Numbered from the stretch's first letter, positions 40,352 to 51,507 are shown. The stretch: 64,000 nucleotides of DNA from Nocardioides sp. (GCF_964229035.1 NZ_CAXRAZ010000021.1:6812-70811); one strand, 5' to 3'. Translations and numbers: made by a program. The notes: generated from the letters alone by a model not told the origin.

Positions 40352-40876
40352 CTAGCCCACTTCCCTGCTGGAGTTGCTAGAACGACCCGCACAACTGGAG
40401 ATGCATCCGTCCCGAGGCGTTGTGCGTACGTGCGGGTTCGCTAACCCCTGAGAACCACCGCTCGGACCGCTGCCCTCATCTCGCGCTCGATGGCCGCTCG
40501 GTCGGCCGGCTTGCTCATCCCAGGCGGCGAGCCGTGCGTAGAACCGGCCTTCAAAGAGCTCGACAGGCAGATCCGCGTGCCCGAATGCCCAGAGCAGCAA
40601 GCGATAGCGCCCCGCTTCGCCCTCTGCTTGCGGCACCTCCATGTCGAACTCTGCGAGCATCGCGCGGACGACAGGCTCGGCATCCCTCTGTGCTGCTCCG
40701 ATCGGCAACGATGCGACGTCGAGAGTCGCGGGCCCGCCGAGCCCGTCGGCAACGAGCTCCTCGGCAAGCCTGATCGCCTCGTCCAGCCCAGGTCCGCTCG
40801 GCATCGCGACGTCGATCGCGACCGCTCGCAGACTCCCGATGCGCGCAGCGTCCAAGTTCTCTGTCACGAGCCTCAT
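40352..40876 (-). CDS. hypothetical protein, possibly frameshifted near 40500-40520
   Basis: The first ~123 aa look protein-like (…RYRLLLWAFGHADLPVELFEGRFYARLAAWDEQ). The tail is low-complexity with poor third-position GC. The +1 frame (40441-40518) reads MSKPADRAAIEREMRAAVRAVVLRG with better codon bias. Confidence 0.45.
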   Translation of the reverse strand: MRLVTENLDAARIGSLRAVAIDVAMPSGPGLDEAIRLAEELVADGLGGPATLDVASLPIGAAQRDAEPVVRAMLAEFDMEVPQAEGEAGRYRLLLWAFGHADLPVELFEGRFYARLAAWDEQAGRPSGHRARDEGSGPSGGSQGLANPHVRTTPRDGCISSCAGRSSNSSREVG

Positions 40877-40898
40877 CCTGCCGCTGACTACGCACGCA

Positions 40899-41411
40899 TC
40901 AAGAGGCGTCAGCGTAGGCGAGCTTGGCTTCGCAGTGGCGACAGCGGAACAGGTAGCCGGTCAGATCGCCGTCAACACTCAAGTGCTGGAGGCTCCCGGA
41001 ATCCCACCCGTCGACGGCCAGTGCCTGGATCACGCTAGGCAGATCGGCGATATCCCCGTAGCCCACTCGGCCGAGATACGCGGTGGCATCCGAGCAATGG
41101 AAGAGCCAGCGTTCCTGTTGCCAACCTGCGAATCCTGGAGTGCGGTGCAGGACTTCATCGAGTACGGCCCGGGGAATGTCCGACGGTGCCCCGTCCACAG
41201 TCGTGAACTCGGCGCTAAATTCTCGCGCTGCGCTGCCATCAGCGATGCACCACGGGCAGATGAACTCGACCTCGTCCACAGCGTAGATAGGCCCGGAGTA
41301 GATCAGACCGCGAGCCTGACCGCAGCGTTCGCACTCATCCGAGGAATTGACCACAGACCCGGTGAGGATCGGATCAAGGTGGTACCGGAAGGACGGTGGC
41401 GCGCTTTGCAT
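40899..41411 (-). CDS. cbrC: CbrC family protein (UPF0167)
   Basis: ATG at 41411. FRYHLDPILTGSVVNSSDECERCGQARGLIYSGPIYAVDEVEFICPWCIADGSAAREFSAEFT matches my memory of the CbrC/UPF0167 N-terminal pattern. Confidence 0.7.
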   Translation of the reverse strand: MQSAPPSFRYHLDPILTGSVVNSSDECERCGQARGLIYSGPIYAVDEVEFICPWCIADGSAAREFSAEFTTVDGAPSDIPRAVLDEVLHRTPGFAGWQQERWLFHCSDATAYLGRVGYGDIADLPSVIQALAVDGWDSGSLQHLSVDGDLTGYLFRCRHCEAKLAYADAS

Positions 41412-41511
41412 GCCCAAAGCCTGGCAGAGCAGGAGCCAGCCATCACCGGCACTCGATGAACAGACGACCAACGCGCTTCCGCTGCGCCTCACCACTGCCT
41501 AGGTTCGCTCC

Positions 41512-41976
41512 ATGGCCCTGCTCCGCCGCTTCGACCCGCCGACCTTCGCGCGAGCCCTCGACGACTGGTCCTGGTTGCTGGGCGGTCGACCTCTGCAGCC
41601 GCTCGGCTGCTCGATGTTCGGAGACGTCTTCTTCCAGGGGCCCGACGCGATCTGGTTCCTCGACTCGATCGAAGGCACCTTGACGCCGCAGTGGCACGAC
41701 ACCGTGGCCCTCAAGGCGATGCTGGACAGCCGCGACGGACAGGACCGCTTCCTCCTGGCCGAGATCGCCCTCGCCGCTCAGAGGAAGGGTCTGCGGCCCG
41801 GTCCTTCCGAGATCCTGGACTTCACAATCCCGCCAGCGATCGGTGGTCAGCTCTCGCCGAACAACGTCCAGGTCGCCGACTTCGTGGTCGCGTCATCCCT
41901 CAACGGCCAGATCCACCGTCAGATCAAGGACCTCCCGCCGGGCACGAGGATCTCCGGGGCCGAGATCGGCGATTGA
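41512..41976 (+). CDS. DUF1851 (Tdi1 C-terminal-like) domain protein
   Basis: MFGDVFFQGPDAIWFLDSIEG and the terminal block FTIPPAIGGQLSPNNVQVADFVVASSLNGQIHRQI match the DUF1851 pattern as I recall it. Confidence 0.6.
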   Translation: MALLRRFDPPTFARALDDWSWLLGGRPLQPLGCSMFGDVFFQGPDAIWFLDSIEGTLTPQWHDTVALKAMLDSRDGQDRFLLAEIALAAQRKGLRPGPSEILDFTIPPAIGGQLSPNNVQVADFVVASSLNGQIHRQIKDLPPGTRISGAEIGD

Positions 41977-42131
41977 CCGCTGCCGAGGACTTTCGCTGTC
42001 GCTGCGGATTCACAAGGAGATTGAGACTCCCCCGGCGTCCGCTATGACCTGTCTCACAAGCGAGCGTGCGCAGTGCGCCGATTCAGCACGTTCTTGGTCG
42101 AATCTGCAGCGCGGCGGCGTCCGACACGAGC

Positions 42132-43457
42132 ATGGTTCGGGTCGTGAACCCCCACTCACGCATCGCTGCCCCGCGCCCGCACGGCTCCCGCCGGACCGTC
42201 GGCCCCGTCACCCGCCTCGGCAACCGCCACGCCGCCCGCCCGCTGGCCCGATCGGTCGCCACGCTCGTCGCGGCCATCGCCGCAGCCTGCGGGATCCTGG
42301 CCGGGAGCGTCGCGCCGGCCCACGCCGGCCTCTTCGACTTCCTGACGAGCCCCACCGTCACCGTCATCAGCAACCCCGGCCAGCTCGCCCCGCGCGAGTC
42401 GAGCCAGGTCATCGTGCGCGCGAGCGCACCTGCTCGACCCGGCACGGTCGTCAACCTGGTCACGGCCGGATTCCTCAACCTCGGGTACAGCGTCGTCGGC
42501 ACCACCAAGCTCGATGCCAACCTCGAGGCCCGACTGCCGCTGCCCGGGCGCGACTTCCTCGGCTCGTACCAGTACTGGGCGCAGGTCCCGGCGACCGGCG
42601 CCCACCAGGAGGGCAACAGCGCCCGCTTCTCCGTGACGATCGCGAGCCCGCCGAAGCCCGTCAGCCCCACCTGCGGTGGGGCGAACCCCACCAGGCCCGA
42701 CGGCACCCCGTGGAGGTGCACCTACAACGACGAGTTCGACGGCACGAGCCTCGATCGCAAGTGGTGGCGCCCGCAGACCGCCTTCCAGACCGGTACGAGC
42801 AGCAGGTACGCCTGCGCGGCCGATCGCCCGGACACGATCAGCGTGGGCGGCGGCGTCCTGTCGCTCTCCCTCGTGGAGCTGCCCACTCCGGTGGCGGCCT
42901 GCGCGAACAACCAGACCACCCGGTTCGTCAACGGTCAGGTCATGCACTACCAGACCTTCAACCAGACCTACGGCAAGTACGAGGTCCGCGCCCGCGTCTC
43001 GAGCCTGCGCTCCCCCGGCGCTCAGACCTCCTTCTGGCTGTGGCCGAACAACGACACCTACGGCCCTTGGCCCGCATCCGGCGAGATCGACTTCGCGGAG
43101 ATGTACTCCTCGGCACCCGACAACGTCTTCCCCTACATGCACTACCTGCTCGGCGAGAACGACCCGAAGACCAACAGGAACGTTCCCGGCGCGGTGTGCC
43201 CCATCAGTTTCGGTGACTGGAACACCTACGGCATGGAGTGGAGGCCCGGCCAGATCAAGATCCTGGTCAACGACCAGGTGTGTGTTGAGAACAACTACTC
43301 CACCGTCGGTGGCGTCCAGGGCCAGTACGGCCCCTTCGACAAACCGTTCTACCTCAACCTGAACCAGGCGATGGGCACCACCGGCAACGAGTACGACCCG
43401 AACGTCGTGCCCGACAAGGTGACCACCCAGATCGACTATGTCCGGGTGTGGCAGTAA
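42132..43457 (+). CDS. secreted glycoside hydrolase family 16 (beta-glucanase-like) with N-terminal Ig-like region
   Basis: Signal peptide ending APAHAG. Catalytic GEIDFAEM (ExDxxE) and the C-terminal strand IDYVRVWQ. Confidence 0.8.
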   Translation: MVRVVNPHSRIAAPRPHGSRRTVGPVTRLGNRHAARPLARSVATLVAAIAAACGILAGSVAPAHAGLFDFLTSPTVTVISNPGQLAPRESSQVIVRASAPARPGTVVNLVTAGFLNLGYSVVGTTKLDANLEARLPLPGRDFLGSYQYWAQVPATGAHQEGNSARFSVTIASPPKPVSPTCGGANPTRPDGTPWRCTYNDEFDGTSLDRKWWRPQTAFQTGTSSRYACAADRPDTISVGGGVLSLSLVELPTPVAACANNQTTRFVNGQVMHYQTFNQTYGKYEVRARVSSLRSPGAQTSFWLWPNNDTYGPWPASGEIDFAEMYSSAPDNVFPYMHYLLGENDPKTNRNVPGAVCPISFGDWNTYGMEWRPGQIKILVNDQVCVENNYSTVGGVQGQYGPFDKPFYLNLNQAMGTTGNEYDPNVVPDKVTTQIDYVRVWQ

Positions 43458-44884
43458 CCCGACGCCCGCACGGGCACACGCGGGACACTCCTGGGGTGCG
43501 ACCGACTCCCCTGAGGATCTCCCGCCGCCTGCTGCTCGGTTCCTCGGCCGCCGGTGCGGCGGCCTTCGCCGCCTGCTCCCCCACCGAGGACGACGGACCG
43601 GGCCGTCGTCCGAGCGTGATCGTGGTCGGCGCGGGGATGAGCGGCCTGGCCGCCGCCCGGCACCTCGCCGACGCGGGCGCTCGCGTGCAGGTGCTCGAGG
43701 CGCGCGACCGGCTCGGCGGGCGCATCTGGACCAGCGACGCCTGGGACTTCCCCGTCGACCTGGGCGCCTCCTGGATCCACGGCACCGGGGGCAACCCCCT
43801 CACGGCACTCGCCAGGGCGGCCGGGGCGACGACCGCGACCACGACCTACGATTCCACCATCACCCTCACCGATCGCGGCCAGCTGACCGAGGATCAGGAG
43901 GCGCTCCTGGAGCGAGCGACGGAGGCCGTCTCAGGCGTGCTGTCGACCTACCAGGAGGATGGCGAGGAGGACGCGTCGCTGCGCACGGTGGTCGAGCGCG
44001 AGCTCGCCTGGCCGGAACGGTCGCCGGAGGAACGCCGCTGGATCTCCTACGCGCTCAACGAGATCGAGCAGGAGTACGCCGGCAGCGCAACGCGGCTCTC
44101 GACCTACTGGTACGACAGCGACGCCCCCCTGAAGGGCGAGGACGTGCTGTTCCCCGGCGGCTACGCCCAGCTGACGAACCACCTGGCGCGCGATCTCGAC
44201 ATCTCCACCGGCACCGCCGTCACGGCGATCACCCACAGCCCCGACAGCGTCGTCGTCACCGCAGGCACGGCCACCTACCGCGCCGATCACGTGATCGTCA
44301 CCGTGCCGCTCGGTGTTTTGAAGACAGATGCGATCACGTTCGACCCACCGCTCCCCCGTCGCGCTGCCCGAGCCATCGAGCGACTGGGCGTCGGACTCCT
44401 CGACAAGCTGGTCGTGCGCTTCCCTGCCGGCACCGAGAGGCTGTGGCCCGACACCGACTGGATCGAGCGGGTCCCGCCGGCGAGCTCCTACGGGCGTTGG
44501 ACGCAGTGGATCAACCTCGCCCGCGCCACCGGCCGACCCGCGCTGATGGCCTTCAGCGCGGCGGACGACGCGCGCGCGGTGAGTCGGCTCTCCGATCGCG
44601 AAGCCCTCACCCAGGCCCTCGCCGCGCTCAGCGCCTCGCTGGGCGTCGACCTGCCGACGCCCATCGGCGTGCAGCGCACCCGCTGGGCCGACGATCCTCT
44701 CGCCCGCGGCTCCTACTCGTTCTACGCCGTCGGCTCGTCCCCCGCCGACCGCAAGGCGCTCACCCGCCCCGTGGGCGGTCGCCTGCACTTCGCCGGAGAA
44801 GCGACCGACCTGCGGTCCTTCGCGACGGTGCACGGCGCCTACCGCTCGGGCCTGCGGGCCGCGGAGGCGATCGTCAGGGACTGA
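43448..44884 (+). CDS. flavin-dependent amine oxidase with Tat/lipoprotein-type signal
   Basis: ISRRLLLGSSAAGAAAFAACS (twin-Arg plus lipobox), VVGAGMSGLAAA, LEARDRLGGR and C-terminal HFAGEAT. The start is at 43448 or the GTG at 43496. Confidence 0.8.
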   Translation: MAVTRRPHGHTRDTPGVRPTPLRISRRLLLGSSAAGAAAFAACSPTEDDGPGRRPSVIVVGAGMSGLAAARHLADAGARVQVLEARDRLGGRIWTSDAWDFPVDLGASWIHGTGGNPLTALARAAGATTATTTYDSTITLTDRGQLTEDQEALLERATEAVSGVLSTYQEDGEEDASLRTVVERELAWPERSPEERRWISYALNEIEQEYAGSATRLSTYWYDSDAPLKGEDVLFPGGYAQLTNHLARDLDISTGTAVTAITHSPDSVVVTAGTATYRADHVIVTVPLGVLKTDAITFDPPLPRRAARAIERLGVGLLDKLVVRFPAGTERLWPDTDWIERVPPASSYGRWTQWINLARATGRPALMAFSAADDARAVSRLSDREALTQALAALSASLGVDLPTPIGVQRTRWADDPLARGSYSFYAVGSSPADRKALTRPVGGRLHFAGEATDLRSFATVHGAYRSGLRAAEAIVRD

Positions 44885-44969
44885 GGGCCCGTGTCCGAGT
44901 GGGACCGATGTGATGAGGATCGTCTCCAGATCCCTCGATCCACTGTGAGCCCGCTGCCACACTGGGGCC

Positions 44970-45773
44970 ATGACCTCTCGCACCGTCCTCGTCACCGGCG
45001 CCGCCGCCGGCATCGGCCGCGCCATCGCGAAACGCTTCCACGCGGCGGGTTACCTCGTCGGCGCCTTCGACATCGACGAGGCCGGGCTCGAGACGCTCGC
45101 CAAGGAGTTCGACGATGAGCGCGTGGTCACGGGCCGGCTCGACGTCCGCGACGCCGACGCGTGGACGGCAGCGCTGGCCCAGCTCACCGAGGTCTCCGGC
45201 GGTCGCCTCGACGTCCTCGTCAACAACGCCGGTCTGCTCGAGGGCGGCCGCTTCGCCGACATCCCGCTCGAGCGCCAGGTGCGACAGATCGACGTCAACG
45301 TCACCGGGGTGGTCACCGGCTGCTACACCGCCCACCGCTTCCTGAAGGCCACGCCCGGCGCCCACGTCATCAACCTGGCCTCGGCGAGCGCGATCTACGG
45401 ACAGTCGGAGCTGGCCACCTACTCGGCCACCAAGTTCGCCGTCCGCGGCCTTACCGAGGCGCTCGACATCGAGTGGGCCGCCGACGACATCACCGTGCGT
45501 GCAGTGTGGCCGCTCTTCGTGGCCACCCAGATGACGCAGGACCTCGACATCGGCTCGACCCGCTCGCTGGGCGTTCGTCTCACCGCCGACGACGTGGCCG
45601 ACACCGTCTTCGACATGGTCTCCCCCAACCCCGTGACCAGCCGCGTCGGCCGGTTCCGTCGGCCGGTGCACCGCCCGGTCGGCACCCAGGCGAAGGTGCT
45701 GTTCAGCAGCTCCGGCTTTGCGCCGCAGTGGGTCCTGCGGGCCGTCAACGGTCGCATCACCAAGGGCCACTGA
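44970..45773 (+). CDS. SDR family oxidoreductase
   Basis: TGAAAGIGRA, NNAG and YSATK. Confidence 0.85.
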   Translation: MTSRTVLVTGAAAGIGRAIAKRFHAAGYLVGAFDIDEAGLETLAKEFDDERVVTGRLDVRDADAWTAALAQLTEVSGGRLDVLVNNAGLLEGGRFADIPLERQVRQIDVNVTGVVTGCYTAHRFLKATPGAHVINLASASAIYGQSELATYSATKFAVRGLTEALDIEWAADDITVRAVWPLFVATQMTQDLDIGSTRSLGVRLTADDVADTVFDMVSPNPVTSRVGRFRRPVHRPVGTQAKVLFSSSGFAPQWVLRAVNGRITKGH

Positions 45774-45844
45774 CGCCGGTCGACGGTCAGCGGAGGGCCC
45801 GCACCCCGGCCCCCTCAGGTCCCCCTCAGGAGAGTCTGCCTACG

Positions 45845-46570
45845 ATGCGGCCCATGTCGTCACTTCGCTTCTGGCCCGCGCTCACGACCCCCGCCCGGCG
45901 TCGGCTCGCCGGCGGTGCAGCCCTGGTGCTGACCGCCCTGCCGCTCGCCGCCTGCGGCAGTGACGACGCCGACCAGGCCGCCGACGGGAGTGCTTCCACC
46001 TCGTCGGCCGGTGACGGCGTGGCGTGCAACTACGAGGCCGATGGCACGACATCCACGGCCAAGATGCCTCCGGCCACGGCCGCCTACGACGGCCCGGTCC
46101 AAGCCACGATCAGCACGTCGGCGGGCGAGCTCACGGTGACCCTCGACGGCAAGGGCGCGCCCTGCACCGTCAACTCGTTCCTCTCGCTGGCCAAGCAGGG
46201 CTACTTCGACGACACCCCCTGCCATCGCCTCACCACCTACGACGCCCTCAAGGTGCTGCAGTGCGGCGACCCGACGGGAACCGGCACCGGCGGACCGGGC
46301 TACACGATCCCGGACGAGCTCGACACCGCCGGCGACTACTCGGCCGGCACGCTGGCCATGGCCAACACCGGCCAGCCGGACTCCGGCGGATCGCAGTTCT
46401 TCATCGTCTACGCCGACAGCCAGCTGCCGCCGAGCTACACCGTCTTCGGCAAGGTGGACGCCGCCGGCGTGAAGGTGGTCGAGAAGGTGGCCGCCGGTGG
46501 CACCTCGGCCCCCGAGGACGGCGCACCGAACACCCCGGTGAGCATCACCAAGGTCACCGCCGACAGCTGA
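45845..46570 (+). CDS. cyclophilin-type peptidyl-prolyl isomerase lipoprotein
   Basis: Lipobox LPLAACGS. CHRL...LQCGDPTGTGTGGPGY and GTLAMANTGQPDSGGSQFFIV. Confidence 0.85.
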   Translation: MRPMSSLRFWPALTTPARRRLAGGAALVLTALPLAACGSDDADQAADGSASTSSAGDGVACNYEADGTTSTAKMPPATAAYDGPVQATISTSAGELTVTLDGKGAPCTVNSFLSLAKQGYFDDTPCHRLTTYDALKVLQCGDPTGTGTGGPGYTIPDELDTAGDYSAGTLAMANTGQPDSGGSQFFIVYADSQLPPSYTVFGKVDAAGVKVVEKVAAGGTSAPEDGAPNTPVSITKVTADS

Positions 46571-46593
46571 TCGGCGCTCCGTAGGCTGGTCGG

Positions 46594-49056
<2,463 letters not shown>

Positions 49057-49158
49057 CCAGCACTCAGCCGCGCCGACCGGACACGGTCGGGTAACGGACG
49101 CGGGCGGCTGCGGCGTGGGCGACCCCCTTGCGTCGGACCCCCCTGTTTGACTGGTGCC

Positions 49159-50595
49159 ATGGCCGCTCTCGTCGCTTCCGTGCTCGCGCTCCTGCTCGGC
49201 GTCGTCCTCGGGTGGCTGCTGCGGCACAGCCGGCCCGAGCCGGTCCGCATCGACCCCGAGGCCGACCTCGAGCCGCGTGAGTTGGTCCTCGCCCGCCACC
49301 AGCAGGAGGTCGTCGACCTCCGTCACCGCCACGAGCAGGAGGTGGCGGCCCTCGAGCACCGCATCGCGCTGGCCGAGAGCCGCACCGAGTTGCTCGTCGC
49401 CCAGGAGCGCGGAGAGCTCGCCGCGGCGGCCGCCCAGGTCGAGGAGCTCCGCCACAGTCTCGGTGAGGCCCGCGAGCAGTACCGCGGGCTCGTCGAGGCG
49501 CAGCGGCAGGCCCAGCGCGAGCGCGAGGACGCCGCCCGTCAGCGCGCGGAGTCCGAGGGCGGCCACAGCCAGGTGCTGAAGACCCTCACGCCCGTGGTCG
49601 AGCACCTGCGCGCGATGCAGCGCAAGGTCGACGACCTCGAGAGGGCGCGCGTGGAGCAGCACACCGAGCTGGCCGCCCAGATCCGCCACACCCAGACGTC
49701 GGTGGAGGAGTCGCGGCGCGCGGCCGACACCCTCGCCTCGGTGCTCAAGAACAACGCAGTGCGCGGCACCTGGGGCGAGACCCAGCTGCGCACGCTGGTC
49801 GAGACCGCCGGCCTGCTCAAGCGTGTCGACTTCGAGCTGCAGCACTCGATGCAGGCCGACTCGGGGGCACGTCGCCCCGACATGGTGATCAACCTGCCCG
49901 GCGGCAAGCAGATGGCGATCGACGCCAAGGTCCCCTACAACGCCTTCATGGACGCCCAGCGCCAGGGGATCGAGCCCGAGGTCCGCGAGCGACTGCTGCT
50001 CGACCACGCGCGCAAGGTGCGCGGCCACGTCGACGTCCTCGCCCAGAAGGGCTACTGGACGGGCCTGTCGGTCAGCCCGGAGTTCACCGTCGCCTTCATC
50101 CCTAACGAGCAGCTGCTCAACGCGGCGCTCGAGGTCGACCCCTCCCTGCTCGAGCACGCCTTCGGCCAGGGTGTCGTGCTGGCCACCCCGACCAACCTCT
50201 GGGGCCTGCTCAAGACCGTCGCCTTCACCTGGAAGCAGGAGGCTCTCACCGAGGACGCCCACCAGCTCTTCGAGCTCGGCCAGGTGCTGTACCGACGCAT
50301 CCTGAAGCTCTCCGAGCACGTCGACAAGCTGGGCCGGTCGATCCAGCGCAGCGTGAAGGACTACAACGCCTTCACCGGTTCCCTGGAGCGCTCGGTGCTC
50401 CCGGCCGCCCGCAAGCTCAACGCGGCGGACCCGATCGCCACCATCCCCGCACCGGTCGAGATCGAGGAGTCGCCGCGCGCGCTCACCTCCAGCGAGTTCT
50501 CCGCGATCGCCGACCTCGAGCGGCCCGAGCTCTCCTTCGACACCGTCGACGCCGAGCTCGTCGATCCCCGTCAGCGCGGTCGCGACGCCGGCTGA
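49159..50595 (+). CDS. rmuC: DNA recombination protein RmuC
   Basis: N-terminal TM, a long coiled coil and the RmuC nuclease-like core (RPDMVINLPGGKQMAIDAKVP). I chose the ATG at 49159. The tracked TTG at 49147 is also possible. Confidence 0.85.
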   Translation: MAALVASVLALLLGVVLGWLLRHSRPEPVRIDPEADLEPRELVLARHQQEVVDLRHRHEQEVAALEHRIALAESRTELLVAQERGELAAAAAQVEELRHSLGEAREQYRGLVEAQRQAQREREDAARQRAESEGGHSQVLKTLTPVVEHLRAMQRKVDDLERARVEQHTELAAQIRHTQTSVEESRRAADTLASVLKNNAVRGTWGETQLRTLVETAGLLKRVDFELQHSMQADSGARRPDMVINLPGGKQMAIDAKVPYNAFMDAQRQGIEPEVRERLLLDHARKVRGHVDVLAQKGYWTGLSVSPEFTVAFIPNEQLLNAALEVDPSLLEHAFGQGVVLATPTNLWGLLKTVAFTWKQEALTEDAHQLFELGQVLYRRILKLSEHVDKLGRSIQRSVKDYNAFTGSLERSVLPAARKLNAADPIATIPAPVEIEESPRALTSSEFSAIADLERPELSFDTVDAELVDPRQRGRDAG

Positions 50596-50745
50596 GCCCC
50601 CCGCCGGGCGCCGTCCCCCGCGTCGAACCGATCGCGGCGCCGGGGGCGGATCGACAATCTTTATGAAATCTTCGGATCTTCCCATCCGGCGCTCATCAGG
50701 ACTCCGAACCAGGTGCACCAGATCACACTGCTCCTGGAGGAATCC

Positions 50746-51498
50746 ATGCGTCTGCGCAAGCCCACCCCGTCCTTCGTCGTCGCGACGGGCGCCCTCGTCG
50801 TCGCCCTCGGCGGCACCTCGTACGCCGCGATCAAGGTCGGCTCGGAGGAGATCAAGAACAACTCCGTCCGCAGCGTCGACATCAAGAACGGCACCCTGCA
50901 GAGCCGCGACTTCGCTCCCGGCACCCTGCGCTTCGGCCCGCGCGGTCCGGTCGGCCTCCCCGGCAAGACCGGTCCCCAGGGTCCCCAGGGCCCGGCCGGC
51001 GCCCAGGGACCGCAGGGCGAGAAGGGCGACTCCGGCCCGAGCCGCTGGCTCCTCATCGACGCGGCCGGCAACATCGAGGCGCAGTCCGGCGGCTTCACCG
51101 TCGCGGCCGCCTACCCGACGCTGCCCAACACCGCCGCCGCGCCCGGCGACAACTCGCTGCGCGCCAACGGCAACGTCTACATCAACGCCGGTGAGGACCT
51201 CAGCGACAACGGCATCGTCGTCACGATCGCGCTGCAGAACCAGGTCGACCAGAACGGCGACACCATCGTCAACGGTCGCGCCCCCCTCGCCGACGCCAAC
51301 CCGGAGTTCTCCGGCGAGATCTCGGCCAGCCGCTGCGGCATCGCCGGCGTCGTGGCCTGCGCGCCGACGGGCACCAACAACGCCAACCACTTCGTCGTGA
51401 GCCCCCGCAACAGCGACGGCACCGTCACCACCGAGACCACCCGCAAGCGCTTCTACGTGGTCATCTCCGGCCCGCAGACGCCGGGCGTGCAGAACTGA
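50746..51498 (+). CDS. secreted/anchored collagen-like triple-helix-repeat protein
   Basis: The ATG at 50746 follows GGAGG (50735-50739). Hydrophobic N-terminus PSFVVATGALVVALGGTSYA, then 12 uninterrupted GXY triplets and a ~150-aa C-terminal domain of no recognised family. Confidence 0.7.
   Translation: MRLRKPTPSFVVATGALVVALGGTSYAAIKVGSEEIKNNSVRSVDIKNGTLQSRDFAPGTLRFGPRGPVGLPGKTGPQGPQGPAGAQGPQGEKGDSGPSRWLLIDAAGNIEAQSGGFTVAAAYPTLPNTAAAPGDNSLRANGNVYINAGEDLSDNGIVVTIALQNQVDQNGDTIVNGRAPLADANPEFSGEISASRCGIAGVVACAPTGTNNANHFVVSPRNSDGTVTTETTRKRFYVVISGPQTPGVQN
50935..51042 (+). repeat. collagen-like (Gly-X-Y)x12 coding repeat
   Basis: GPR GPV GLP GKT GPQ GPQ GPA GAQ GPQ GEK GDS GPS, read directly. 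Confidence 0.85.
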
Positions 51499-51507
51499 CC
51501 TCGTAGC

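Noticed and set aside
39263-41982. Shared 8-mer TGACCGCT at both edges of the low-GC islet (39263-39270 and 41975-41982) as possible att-type direct repeats
   Set aside because: It is too short to be distinguished from chance in 64 kb of GC-rich DNA. No integrase or tRNA is nearby. I noted it only as something a proper repeat search could revisit.
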